From NCBI GenBank assembly GCA_963555995.3, contig OY821641.1, positions 3,488,001 through 3,552,000 on the forward strand: a DNA stretch of 64,000 nt, read 5' to 3'. Origin of the DNA: Vicinamibacteria bacterium (lineage in GTDB: Bacteria > Acidobacteriota > Vicinamibacteria > Marinacidobacterales > Marinacidobacteraceae). The notes beneath the pieces were generated by a model. The model worked only from the letters and a program-made list of their open reading frames with translations. It did not search any database and had not been told where the DNA came from. Shown piece by piece: positions 49,698 through 59,157 of this stretch. The first letter of the stretch is position 1, and each line of letters opens with the position of its first letter. A program made the translations under genes and the position numbers.

Positions 49698-50054
49698 ATG
49701 CCCGACATCGCCCCTCCCAGGGAACAGATCCCCTTCGAAGACCTCACCCGCATCGACATCCGCGCCGGGACCATCCTGGAGGTCTCCGACATCCCCGAGT
49801 CCCGAAAGCTCGTCCGCCTGAAGGTTGATCTCGGCTTTGCGACCCGCACCGTGGTGGTGGGGATGAAGCAGGAGCGAGCGAATCCGAAAGAGATCGAGGG
49901 CTCGCAGGCCCTCTTCGTCGTGAACCTGCCGCCCCGCCGGATGGCGGGCGTCCTCTCGGAAGCGATGCTTTTCGACCTGGGGTATTCCGACGGGATCGCG
50001 CCGGCGCTCGCGGTCCCGGAACGTCCGGTCCCCAACGGGACGCGCGCCGGGTGA
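49698..50054 (+). CDS. tRNA-binding OB-fold protein (CsaA/Trbp111-like)
   Basis: IDIRAGTI, KLVRLKVDLG, VNLPPRRMAGVLSE, VPNG. Confidence 0.9.
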   Translation: MPDIAPPREQIPFEDLTRIDIRAGTILEVSDIPESRKLVRLKVDLGFATRTVVVGMKQERANPKEIEGSQALFVVNLPPRRMAGVLSEAMLFDLGYSDGIAPALAVPERPVPNGTRAG

Positions 50055-50119
50055 GATTCCGCTGACAAGCCACCGGCCTGCCCGCCGGTAACGCCACGTA
50101 CACTTCGCCGCCCCGATCC

Positions 50120-50917
50120 ATGCCCACCCCCCGAACCCCGACCGGCCAGACGGCCCTCGTCACCGGCGGCACCCGCGGCATCGGCCGCGCCGTCGCCGCC
50201 TTCCTCCTCGACGCGGGGATCCAGGTGATGCTCACCGGGACGGACCGCCGGACGGCGGAAGAGACCGCCGCCCAGCTCGCCGCGGAATCCCCCATCGGCG
50301 CCCTCGCCCACGGCGCGGCCTGCGACGTCACCGACGACGCGAGCGTCGCGGAGCTCGCCGCGTTCGTGCGCGACCGCTGCGGCCGCCTCGACGTCCTCGT
50401 CAACAACGCCGGGATCGGGATCTACCACCCCACCCCCGAACTCTCGCTGGCGGACTTCCGGCAGGTCGTGGAGACGAACCTGACCGGCGTCTTCCGGGTG
50501 ACCAAGGCCCTGCTGCCGCTCCTCCTCGAGGCCGCGGCGACTGCCGAAAACGACGCGCCGTCCGGTGCGACCGTCATCAACATCGGGAGCCTCGCCGGCC
50601 GCCACCCCTTCAAGGGCGGCGCCGCCTACAACGCGTCCAAGTTCGGCCTCGTCGGCCTCAGCGAGGCGATGATGCTCGACCTCCGGGACGCCGGCGTTCG
50701 GGTCGCAACCGTCATGCCGGGCAGCGTCGCGAGCGGCTTCGCGGGCCGCTCCGCCGAGGACGGCACCGACTGGAAGCTCTCCCCCGAGGACGTGGCCGAG
50801 GCGGTGCTCGGGATCGTCCTACAGCGCAGCCAGGCGCTCGCCAGCCGCATCGAGCTGCGCCCGAGCCGGCCCCCGGTCAAGCGGCCGCCGGACTGGCGCC
50901 TCCGCAAGAAGAGCTGA
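50120..50917 (+). CDS. SDR-family oxidoreductase
   Basis: TGGTRGIG, NNAG, YNASK. Confidence 0.93.
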   Translation: MPTPRTPTGQTALVTGGTRGIGRAVAAFLLDAGIQVMLTGTDRRTAEETAAQLAAESPIGALAHGAACDVTDDASVAELAAFVRDRCGRLDVLVNNAGIGIYHPTPELSLADFRQVVETNLTGVFRVTKALLPLLLEAAATAENDAPSGATVINIGSLAGRHPFKGGAAYNASKFGLVGLSEAMMLDLRDAGVRVATVMPGSVASGFAGRSAEDGTDWKLSPEDVAEAVLGIVLQRSQALASRIELRPSRPPVKRPPDWRLRKKS

Positions 50918-50933
50918 CCAGGCGCTTCCGGGC

Positions 50934-52556
50934 GTGATCTACGAAGCACTGCTGGCGGCCGGCCTGCTGATCGTCGTCGCCAAGCTGCTCGAAGGCGTGC
51001 TCCGGCGTTTCCGTCTGAACGCAATCGTCGCCTACACGGCGGCAGGCATTCTGCTCGGCCCGGTCACCGGCATCGTGGACCCGGCCGGCGAAGTCCACGT
51101 GCTGCTGGGAATCGGCATCTTCCTGTTCTTCTTCCTGATCGGGCTGGACGAACTCGACATCGCCGGCTTCCTCACGGCGATCCGCAGCCGGTGCTCCGTC
51201 GCCGCGGTGGTATCCGTGGTGGTTTCCCTGCTGGCGGCCCTGGTGGTCACCTTCAACATCGGCTTCGACTTCGGCCTGGGCCTCGGGTTCGCCGGTTCGC
51301 TCGCGGTCGCCGGCATCCTGTCCCTCACCAGCCTGGGCGTCGTCGCCAAGGTGCTGATGGACGAGGGGAAGCTGCGGACGCCCATCGGCGTCGAGATGTT
51401 CACCATGGCGCTCATCGCCGAACTGCTGGTGTTGCTGGTGGTGGGATTCTCGGTGGGCGAACACGCGGCCCACCCCACGCCTGCCGGCATCCTCCGGCTG
51501 GCGGGCCAGATCGCCGGCTTCGTGGTGGTGACCTGGCTGCTCACCAGCCGGGTCATTCCGCCGCTGATCGGGCTGTTCCGACGGCTGCTCCGGGTTCCCC
51601 AGCTCTCCTTCGGTGTCATCCTGGGCATCCTGTTCCTGGTGGTGGTGGGCGCCGAGGAGATCGGCCTCCACGGTTCGCTCGGCGCGCTGTTGTTCGGGGC
51701 GGCGCTTTCCCGACTGCCCCATCAGATCCGGCGCGAACTCGTCCCCGGGATGCGCAGCGCCGCCGACGGGCTCTTCGTCCCGCTCTTCTTCAGTTCGGCG
51801 GGGCTCTATCTGAGCATGTCGTTCGTGGCGCTCGATCCATGGACGATCGCCGCCCTGGTCGCCGTCCCCGCGGCGGGAAAGTTCGCCGGCGCCGCGCTCG
51901 GGGCCGCGGTCGCCCGCCTCGAGCGGCCCGTGGTGGCCGCGACCGGACTGATGGCCAAGGGGGTCGCCGAGATCGCGCTCCTGCTCGTCCTGCGCGAGAC
52001 CGGCCTGATCGGGAACGACGTGTTCTCGCTGCTCGTCCTCATCATGCTCGGCTACATCCTGCTCATGCCGCTGGTCATCGGGCGCGCCGTGCAGAGCGCC
52101 GAAACGGCCGAACCCCCGGCGGCGGCCGCCGCGCTGCCGCCGTCCCTCCTCCGCTTCGCCCTCGACAACGTGACCGTGGGGGACGTCATTGATCCGGCGC
52201 GCTCCCATCCCGGCCCGTCGGTGCCGGTGCGCGCGTTCGTGGAGGACTGGGTCGTCCCGCAACAGCCGGACTACGTGGTCGCGAAGGACGGCGAGCTGTC
52301 CGGAATCGTGTCCCTCGGGATGCTCCGCTACCTGCCGAAACAGTCGTGGGCCGAGACACCGCTCGGCAACGTCACCCGGGTCAACACGCCGAACACCTGG
52401 TCCGACGAACCCGTGGAGGACGCCCTGCAGCAGATGACGGAGGCGTCGCTGACCGTGCTCCCGGTGCTGGACCGCGAGACGAAGCGATTCCTGGGCGCGA
52501 TCACCAGCCAGGAGATCGTCGAGCTCATCACCTCGGAGGCGCGCGGCGGGGAATAG
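50934..52556 (+). CDS. Cation:proton antiporter (CPA2) with C-terminal CBS pair
   Basis: Many TM helices, TSLGVVAKVL, FVPLFF; CBS-like C-terminus. Confidence 0.88.
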   Translation: MIYEALLAAGLLIVVAKLLEGVLRRFRLNAIVAYTAAGILLGPVTGIVDPAGEVHVLLGIGIFLFFFLIGLDELDIAGFLTAIRSRCSVAAVVSVVVSLLAALVVTFNIGFDFGLGLGFAGSLAVAGILSLTSLGVVAKVLMDEGKLRTPIGVEMFTMALIAELLVLLVVGFSVGEHAAHPTPAGILRLAGQIAGFVVVTWLLTSRVIPPLIGLFRRLLRVPQLSFGVILGILFLVVVGAEEIGLHGSLGALLFGAALSRLPHQIRRELVPGMRSAADGLFVPLFFSSAGLYLSMSFVALDPWTIAALVAVPAAGKFAGAALGAAVARLERPVVAATGLMAKGVAEIALLLVLRETGLIGNDVFSLLVLIMLGYILLMPLVIGRAVQSAETAEPPAAAAALPPSLLRFALDNVTVGDVIDPARSHPGPSVPVRAFVEDWVVPQQPDYVVAKDGELSGIVSLGMLRYLPKQSWAETPLGNVTRVNTPNTWSDEPVEDALQQMTEASLTVLPVLDRETKRFLGAITSQEIVELITSEARGGE

Positions 52557-52574
52557 CGGCCGCGTCCGGCCAGG

Positions 52575-53588
52575 TCAGCCGCGCTGGTAGAGGGAGCTGT
52601 AGCCGTTGATGGCGGGGACCCCGCCGAGGTGCGCGTAGAGGATTCGTGAACCGGCGGGGAAGTACCCCTTCCGGACGAGATCCAGGAGTCCCTGCATGGA
52701 CTTCCCCTCGTACACCGGGTCCGTCATCATCCCTTCGAGCCGGGCCACGAGGCGGATGGCCTCGTTCGTCTCGTCCGACGGCACCCCGTAGGCGGGATGG
52801 GCATACCCGTCCAACAGCACGAGGTCCTCGTCGGTGAGGTCGCGCCCCAGTTCCACGAGGTCCGCCGTGTTCCGGGCGATGTCCATCACCTGGGCGCGGG
52901 TCTGGTCGTAGGTCGCCGAGGCGTCGATGCCGACGACGCGCGCGGCGCGGCCGTCCTTCGCGAAGCCGACGAGCATCCCCGCGTGGGTGGAACCCGTCAC
53001 GGTGCAGACGACCACGTAGTCGAACCGGAACCCGAGTTCCGCTTCCTGCGCGCGCACCTCCTCGGCGAAGCCGACGAAACCGAGCCCGCCGTACTTGTGG
53101 ACCGAAGCCCCGGCCGGAATCGGATACGGCTTTCCTCCCTTCGCCTTCACGTCCTCGATGGCCCGCTCCCAGCTCTCGCGGATGCCGATGTCGAATCCTT
53201 CGTCCACGATTTCGATGTCCGCGCCCAGCAGCCGGCTCAGCAGGATGTTGCCGACCCGGTCGTAGACGGGGTCCTCGGACGGCGCCCAGTGCTCCTGCAC
53301 CAGCCGGCATTTCATCCCGAGCCTCGCGGCGGTCGCCGCGACCAGGCGGGTGTGGTTCGACTGGATCCCGCCGATGGTGACCAGCGTGTCGGCCCCGGAG
53401 GCGATGGCGTCCGGCACGATGTATTCGAGCTTCCGCAGCTTGTTGCCGCCGAAGGCGAGGCCCGAGTTGCAGTCCTCGCGCTTGGCGTAGATCTCCACCG
53501 CGCCGCCGAGGTGGGCGGACAGGCGGTCCAGCCTTTCGATGGGCGTCGGGCCGAAAGTGAGCGGATAGCGCTCGAACGTGTCCAGCAC
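52575..53588 (-). CDS. acdS: 1-aminocyclopropane-1-carboxylate deaminase
   Basis: [40 protein letters not shown]. Confidence 0.95.
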   Translation of the reverse strand: MLDTFERYPLTFGPTPIERLDRLSAHLGGAVEIYAKREDCNSGLAFGGNKLRKLEYIVPDAIASGADTLVTIGGIQSNHTRLVAATAARLGMKCRLVQEHWAPSEDPVYDRVGNILLSRLLGADIEIVDEGFDIGIRESWERAIEDVKAKGGKPYPIPAGASVHKYGGLGFVGFAEEVRAQEAELGFRFDYVVVCTVTGSTHAGMLVGFAKDGRAARVVGIDASATYDQTRAQVMDIARNTADLVELGRDLTDEDLVLLDGYAHPAYGVPSDETNEAIRLVARLEGMMTDPVYEGKSMQGLLDLVRKGYFPAGSRILYAHLGGVPAINGYSSLYQRG

Positions 53589-53653
53589 GGCGTTCCTCCT
53601 TCGCGCGGGGCGAGCGCCCGGCTTCCGGCGCCGGCGCTACCCTATTCGATGGC

Positions 53654-54151
53654 ATGACGGAAGAAAGACGGGTGGAAACGGCGGCGAACGAGGACCACAT
53701 GCGGCGGGCCATCGCGATGTCGCGGCGGGCGATCCGGACCAACCGGGGGTTCCCCTTCGGCGCGGTGGTGGTGAAGGACGGCGAGGTCGTCGCCGAGGCC
53801 CACAACACGGTGCTTGCGGAGAACGACCCGACGGCGCACGCGGAGATCAACGCGATCCGCGCGGCCTCCGCGAAGCTCGGCACGTTCCTGCTCGAAGGCT
53901 GCGAGATCTACGCCTCGGGGGAGCCGTGCCCGATGTGCCTCGCCGCGATCTACTGGTCGCGTCTCGACCGGATCTACTACGCGAACCGGAAACGGGACGC
54001 CCACCGCATCGGGTTCAGCGACGATTCCTTCTACCAGGAACTCGCGCTGCCCCCGGACCGGCGCCGCGTCCCCATGAGCCGCCTCCTCGGCGACGAGGCG
54101 GTCACCGTCTTCGACGAATGGAACGAGCGCCCGGACAGGGTCACCTACTGA
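53654..54151 (+). CDS. Nucleoside/guanine deaminase (CDA fold)
   Basis: PFGAVVV, DPTAHAE, EPCPMC, YW. Confidence 0.9.
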   Translation: MTEERRVETAANEDHMRRAIAMSRRAIRTNRGFPFGAVVVKDGEVVAEAHNTVLAENDPTAHAEINAIRAASAKLGTFLLEGCEIYASGEPCPMCLAAIYWSRLDRIYYANRKRDAHRIGFSDDSFYQELALPPDRRRVPMSRLLGDEAVTVFDEWNERPDRVTY

Positions 54152-54155
54152 GCTC

Positions 54156-54455
54156 GGAGCGCCGGCCTCCGGCCGGCATCGCGGCCCGCGAGGGCCGCGA
54201 CCACAAAGTGCAGTCTGGGCGAAAGGTCAACCAGCCAAGCTGCGCCGCCGGCTGGGAGCGCCGGTCTTCAGACCGGCACGCGCTGCGCGACAGCGCAGCG
54301 CACGGCACCACGCTGGCCGGCGCAGTGGCGCTCTGCCCCCCGGTTCATTACCGGACACGACGTCCGCGGGCCTTCGGCCCGCTGTGCCGCTCTGAAGAGC
54401 GGCGCTCCCAGCCGTCTTCGCTGTTTTCGTGACCGGCGGGGTGAGCAGGAGGACC
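54156..54455. repeat. REP variant (54156-54178) plus REPIN-like element with type A arms 54254-54409 and conserved flanks
   Basis: Flanks TGCAGTCTGGGCGAAA and TTTTCGTGACCGGCGGGGTG match the 43-kb copies. Confidence 0.85.
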
Positions 54456-54530
54456 GATCGTGACCGTTTCGCGCTCCCGCGCGATGCCAGCCGGAGGCTG
54501 GCGCTCCGACGCGGACCGGCTCGCTCGCGC

Positions 54531-55652
54531 TCAACCCACTGCCGTTGCAAACGCGGCCGGCAGCGCCACTTCCAGGATCTCGAGATCATCGGACGGCGCG
54601 TGCATGCCGACCGTGACGTGAGGCGGCAGCGCGAAGGCGTCACCCGCAGCGAGATCGTGGCGGGGATGTCCGTCCACCTCGAGAGACATCGCCCCCTCCC
54701 GCACGAACCCGAACAGGATGTCGCCGTCGTGCCGGGCGACCGGAACGGCAACCCCCGGAATTCGCCGCGCCACCTGAGCTCCCGCGATGCCGTTCGTGGC
54801 CTCGCCGATCCCCGTGTTCCGCGCCTCGAATCCCGGGAGCCGCCACGGCCCCCAGACCGCGTCCGCCTCCCGGTGGAGGACGAACGTCGTGCCCTGGAAC
54901 TCCCGGTCGGGCCGGAAGTGCGGCGTCGGCAGCTCCATCTCGTGGTCCATCGTGGTGAGGTGTTCGGCGGGCACACCGATCTCGATCACCTCGAATCCCG
55001 CCGAGGACTCGAGGACCCGGTGGCGGATCCCGGGCGGCTGGATCACGCAGTCGCCGGCGCCGAGCGTGAACGGAGGCCCCTGGTCCTCGTACACGAGACG
55101 CACCCAGCCGCGGTGGCAGAAGATGAGCTGGAACCGGACCGCGTGGTAATGGACCATGTCGTCCACGGGACCCGCCTCGGCGATCCTGATGTGCGAAGCG
55201 ATGATGGCGCCGCCCAGCCGGTTCGGGAGGAGGTCCCGGTAGTGCATGCCGGCGCGGCCGACGACCCACGCATCGCTGTCCGCGAGCCGCCGCACCACGA
55301 ACTCGTGGGCCGTCTCCGGGATGACGAGCGGCGGGTCCGCGGCCTCCACCGCGATCCGGTGGCCGCCGGGGGTGGTCAGTTCGGTCTCGCCTTCGGCGAA
55401 CGCGTCCGGGTCGGCGACGTGGAGCCGGAGCGCTACCGGAGCGGGGCGGGCGCTCCGCTCGAGGAGGATTGCCGTCCCGCGTCCCGAGAGCGCCGCGAAG
55501 GCGGGCGCGTCGGCGGGCCAGATCCGGTCGAGGCGGAACCCGAGCGCATCCAGGAAGAACCGCAGGTCGGCGTCGAAGTCGGGCGTGGGGACCCGGACCT
55601 CGGCGCGGCGGACCAGGTCCGGCCGGGTCACGGGGGAGGCATCGTCCGGCAT
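54531..55652 (-). CDS. Cupin-domain protein with N-terminal VOC-like domain
   Basis: HYH..FQLIF..GWV, GDCVIQPPGIRH; second cupin-like repeat at C-terminus. Confidence 0.8.
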   Translation of the reverse strand: MPDDASPVTRPDLVRRAEVRVPTPDFDADLRFFLDALGFRLDRIWPADAPAFAALSGRGTAILLERSARPAPVALRLHVADPDAFAEGETELTTPGGHRIAVEAADPPLVIPETAHEFVVRRLADSDAWVVGRAGMHYRDLLPNRLGGAIIASHIRIAEAGPVDDMVHYHAVRFQLIFCHRGWVRLVYEDQGPPFTLGAGDCVIQPPGIRHRVLESSAGFEVIEIGVPAEHLTTMDHEMELPTPHFRPDREFQGTTFVLHREADAVWGPWRLPGFEARNTGIGEATNGIAGAQVARRIPGVAVPVARHDGDILFGFVREGAMSLEVDGHPRHDLAAGDAFALPPHVTVGMHAPSDDLEILEVALPAAFATAVG

Positions 55653-55753
55653 CGGTCTCGGGCGGCAGAGGCTATCGCGGTGTCACCGGAAGCCCTGAAC
55701 GCGCGCGTACGTGCGCTACCGTTCGGCGCCCGCGGACCGGGAGAGCCAAATAC

Positions 55754-56440
55754 ATGACGACCGAGCCCATTACCGTCGCCCTTTTCGACTTTCTACGGGA
55801 CCTCCGGGACAACAACGATCGCGAGTGGTTCGCGGCCAACAAGGGCCGCTACGTGGCCGACGTGCGCGACCCGATGCTTGGCTTCATCGCCCATTTCGCC
55901 GCTCCGCTTGCCGAGATCAGCCCCCACTTCGTGGCGGACGCCCGCGCAAACGGGGGATCGCTCTTCCGCATCTATCGGGACACCCGCTTCTCGCGGGACA
56001 AGACGCCCTACAAGACGAACGTCGGCGCCCATTTCCGGCACGCTGCCGGAAAGGACGCGCACGCCCCGGGCTTCTACCTCCATCTCGAACCCGGGATGTG
56101 CTTTGCCGCGTGCGGCGTCTGGCGGCCGGACAACCCGACGGTGACGAAGATTCGCGAAGCGATCCATGAAGGGCAGGACGGCTGGACGCGGATCACGAGG
56201 GCTCGGGCGTTTACCGAGACCTTCGAACTCGAGGGTGAGTCGCTGAAGCGGCCGCCGCGGGGCTACGACGCCGATCACCCCTTGATCGAGGATCTGAAGC
56301 GCAAGGACTTCGTGGCGGTTACCAGCTTCTCCGAGGAAGAGGCGCTGCGGGACGACCTGCTCGAGTGGTTCGCCGGGATCGCGCGGCAGGGTGCGCCGCT
56401 CGTGGAGTTCCTGTCGAACGCGGTGGGCGTGGAGTTCTGA
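55754..56440 (+). CDS. DUF2461 family protein
   Basis: NNDREWF, FRIYRDTRFSRDKTPYK, LKRPPRGY. Confidence 0.9.
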   Translation: MTTEPITVALFDFLRDLRDNNDREWFAANKGRYVADVRDPMLGFIAHFAAPLAEISPHFVADARANGGSLFRIYRDTRFSRDKTPYKTNVGAHFRHAAGKDAHAPGFYLHLEPGMCFAACGVWRPDNPTVTKIREAIHEGQDGWTRITRARAFTETFELEGESLKRPPRGYDADHPLIEDLKRKDFVAVTSFSEEEALRDDLLEWFAGIARQGAPLVEFLSNAVGVEF

Positions 56441-56527
56441 ATGCGGTTGCCCCCGCCTAACCTTGCCCAAGTGCTACCCGAACGACGGGAGGAGCATTCG
56501 CGACGCTAGTCAGTTGAGGAGGCGAAG

Positions 56528-56962
56528 ATGCGACGAATTCGATTCCGGGTGGACTGTGTGCCGCCAAAGAAAGACGGGTCCAACTCCATGTGGGGCAAAC
56601 CGACTCAAGCGCAGAGACTGATAGCGCTCAGGAAGGCGGCGGTCGAGGCGCGCGGATCCCAACCGTGCTTTATTTCAGGGATTCGGCTCACTCTTAGTGT
56701 TCATGTCGGTCCGCAGCCTGGTGACGACAAGAACCGGGGCGACCTTGACAACTTCATTGCTGGCGTGTGTGACGGTCTCATGGCAGCGCAAAACGATCCG
56801 AAGATTGACTCATCCTTCAATGAGTTCCGGGGTTCCGACGTACATCCAACCAGTACGGTTGTGATCCAAAACGATTCCGAGGTCGTGAAGATCGATGCGG
56901 AGAAACTCCACGTTGACGGAGAATCGTGGTACGAGGTAGAGCTTGAAGGGGAAACGGGGTGA
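56528..56962 (+). CDS. Hypothetical protein with RusA-like motif
   Basis: GDLDNF..VCDGL..NDSEV; lower GC; GAGGAGG RBS. Confidence 0.6.
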   Translation: MRRIRFRVDCVPPKKDGSNSMWGKPTQAQRLIALRKAAVEARGSQPCFISGIRLTLSVHVGPQPGDDKNRGDLDNFIAGVCDGLMAAQNDPKIDSSFNEFRGSDVHPTSTVVIQNDSEVVKIDAEKLHVDGESWYEVELEGETG

Positions 56963-57189
56963 CCCCGGCTACCGCAGGTTCAGCTGCCAGAATACGCCAA
57001 AGCGGCCCACCATCCACGCGACCACCCGGGTGTAGAGCCCCGTGGCTGGTTGGGCCTCCGAGAACGGAAGGGGCGCCTGCAGATCCACCCTGACGCTCCA
57101 CGCCGGGCGCGACCCTCGGCCCGAATCCGAGCCGAAGTCCGAACCCCGCTTTCGCCCGTCTATTCGTTAGAGCGTGGCGAGGTCGAATG

Positions 57190-57219
57190 TTGACATGCAA
57201 GCACACACTTGCATATAAT
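57190..57219 (+). promoter_or_regulatory. Sigma70 promoter TTGACA-N18-TATAAT with operator ATGCAAG-N6-CTTGCAT
   Basis: Consensus hexamers at 57190-57195 and 57214-57219; perfect inverted repeat 57195-57214. Confidence 0.85.
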
Positions 57220-57262
57220 GACCTCCAGTCATGCAAGGGAACACCCGTCTTAGACTGGCCTT

Positions 57263-57553
57263 GTGGACGTGTACCGCGCGATCGCCGACCCAACCAGGCG
57301 AGCCATTCTGGATGAGCTCGTCGACCGGTCCGGTCAGTCGCTGTTCGAACTCTGCTCGCGTCTGATCATGAAGCACGGCATCCATTCCTCGCGCCAGGCG
57401 ATCACCCAACACCTGGACGTCCTGGAGGCCGCCGGGCTGATTCGCACGCGGCGCGAGGGGCGGTGGAAGCTCCATTGGTTCGAGGGCGGCCCGCTGAAGG
57501 CCATCGGGGAGCGTTGGCCGATTTCAACAGATGAGAGGGATTCGGAAAAATGA
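57263..57553 (+). CDS. ArsR/SmtB-family transcriptional regulator
   Basis: AIADPTRRAILDEL, SRQAITQHLDVLEAAGL, GRWK. Confidence 0.92.
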   Translation: MDVYRAIADPTRRAILDELVDRSGQSLFELCSRLIMKHGIHSSRQAITQHLDVLEAAGLIRTRREGRWKLHWFEGGPLKAIGERWPISTDERDSEK

Positions 57554-57945
57554 GGATTCACGCTACCAGCGTCATGGTGGACGATCAGGAAAAGGCGCTT
57601 CGCTTCTACACCGAAACGCTTGGCTTCCAGTTGAAGCACAACATCCCCTTGGGAAGTCACTCCTGGATCACCGTTGTATCGGAGGAAGCTCCAGAGGGGA
57701 CGGAGTTGGTGCTCGAGCCTGATGAGCATCCCGCGGCCCGTCCGTTCAAGGAGGCGCTCGTGAAGGACGGAATCCCGTACACCTCCTTCGCGGTGGACGA
57801 CGTCGAAGCCGAACACGAACGCCTCACCGCCAGGGGTGTGCGATTCGTTCAGCCGCCGACAGACCTCGGGCCCGTCATTACTGCGGTGTTCGACGATACG
57901 TGCGGCAACCTGATCCAGATCCAGGAGGAGAAACCTCAGCCGTAA
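57550..57945 (+). CDS. VOC (glyoxalase/bleomycin resistance) family protein
   Basis: VDDQEKALRFYTETLGF, FDDTCGNLIQI. Confidence 0.92.
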   Translation: MRIHATSVMVDDQEKALRFYTETLGFQLKHNIPLGSHSWITVVSEEAPEGTELVLEPDEHPAARPFKEALVKDGIPYTSFAVDDVEAEHERLTARGVRFVQPPTDLGPVITAVFDDTCGNLIQIQEEKPQP

Positions 57946-57972
57946 CGATCTTGAGTCGTTGCACCGAGCGGG

Positions 57973-58368
57973 TTACGGCAGGTTCAACTGCCAGGACACG
58001 CCGAAGCGGTCCACCACCCACGCGAAGCGGCGGCTGAAGCCGTAGTTGTCGAGCGGCATCAGGTACTCGCCGCCTTCGGCGAGGGCCGTGCTGAGTTCCG
58101 CGACCTCCTCTTCGCTCTGGCAGGTGACGAAGAGGGAGATGGAAGGCGTGAACGTGAAGTCGTGCGAGATGTAGCTGTCGCTCACCATCACCGGCTGACC
58201 GCGGAGGGAGAAGGACGCGATGAAGATGGAGCCTTCCGGGCCGGGACCGTCCGGGCCGTGGCGCTGGACGTTCAGGATCTCGCTGTCCGGGATGGTCTCG
58301 ACGTAGAAGTTCATGGCCTCCTCGGCCTGGCCCTCGAACATGAGGAAGGGGGTGACGGTGGATTGCAT
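57973..58368 (-). CDS. VOC family protein (PhnB/3-dmu-9 type)
   Basis: TPFLMFEGQAEEAMNFY, FTPSISLFV, DRFGVSWQ. Confidence 0.9.
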   Translation of the reverse strand: MQSTVTPFLMFEGQAEEAMNFYVETIPDSEILNVQRHGPDGPGPEGSIFIASFSLRGQPVMVSDSYISHDFTFTPSISLFVTCQSEEEVAELSTALAEGGEYLMPLDNYGFSRRFAWVVDRFGVSWQLNLP

Positions 58369-58429
58369 GGCGCCTCCGGGGTGGGGGTTGTGGACTGAGC
58401 CGGATCGGGACGCGGGGTAGCCCGCTCGG

Positions 58430-58756
58430 TCATTCGAAAAGGTCGGTGTGCGTGCCCGCCCGGGCGAAATGGACGGAACCGGTCGGCCCGTCCGTGTCCT
58501 CGATGCGATAGATCAGCAGAAAGTCGCCGCCGATGTGGCACTCCCGATATCGCGCCCACGAGCCCTTGAGTGGATGATCCCGGCGCTCGGGTCCGAGCGG
58601 ACCGTCGCCGGCAATCAGAAGCAGCATGACCGCCTTCAGTCGGGTCATGTCGAAGCGGCCGGACCGCGAAAGGCGCTCCCAGTCCTTGAGGAACTGCCGC
58701 GCGTAGTCGGCCCGGCGCGGCGGCGTGGTCCGTTTACGCGCTGTCCTTTTCTTCAA
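58430..58756 (-). CDS. yafQ: YafQ-family mRNA interferase toxin
   Basis: DHPLKG.W..YRECHI..DFLLIY, R.GTH.DLF. Confidence 0.9.
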   Translation of the reverse strand: MKKRTARKRTTPPRRADYARQFLKDWERLSRSGRFDMTRLKAVMLLLIAGDGPLGPERRDHPLKGSWARYRECHIGGDFLLIYRIEDTDGPTGSVHFARAGTHTDLFE

Positions 58757-59015
58757 GCTCCTGAAACAGGTCGTCCGCGTTCGCGAATCGCGCTTGGTGC
58801 GTTCTCACCATCGCGTCGACCTCGTCCATGGCCGCGCGGGTGACGGCGTTCGGCACCTTGAGTTCGAGCGGAAAGGCCTGATCGGTGGCGATGCGGTGGA
58901 ACAGCAGCCGCACGGCTTCCGCTACGCTCAGTCCCATCGCGGCGAGCGCTTCCGTCGCCTTCCGCTTCATCTCGGCGTCCATGCGTACATGGACCATGGT
59001 GCTCGGCGTTTTCAT
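58734..59015 (-). CDS. dinJ: RelB/DinJ-family antitoxin
   Basis: VHVRMD..K..A..MGLSV.EAVRL, FPLELKVPN; overlaps toxin. Confidence 0.9.
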   Translation of the reverse strand: MKTPSTMVHVRMDAEMKRKATEALAAMGLSVAEAVRLLFHRIATDQAFPLELKVPNAVTRAAMDEVDAMVRTHQARFANADDLFQELEEKDSA

Positions 59016-59130
59016 CGGAAGGCCATTGTATCTCAATTGATACTGATTGTCGGTCGGAGGCGGGCGTTCCGAGCCGTGGGCGCCATGAGGGGGATTGGGG
59101 TTGCGTCGTGCGCGGCGCGGAGCGCCGCTG

Positions 59131-59155
59131 TGCCGGTCTGAAGACCGGCGGTCCC
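59131..59155 (-). repeat. REP type A variant
   Basis: TGCCGGTCTGAAGACCGGCGGTCCC, 2 nt after the ligase stop. Confidence 0.8.
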
Positions 59156-59157
59156 CA

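Noticed and set aside
56455-57172. Integron attC sites (GCCTAAC at 56455, GTTAG near 57166)
   Set aside because: No matching GTTRRRY core with a proper stem could be built, and no integron integrase is present.
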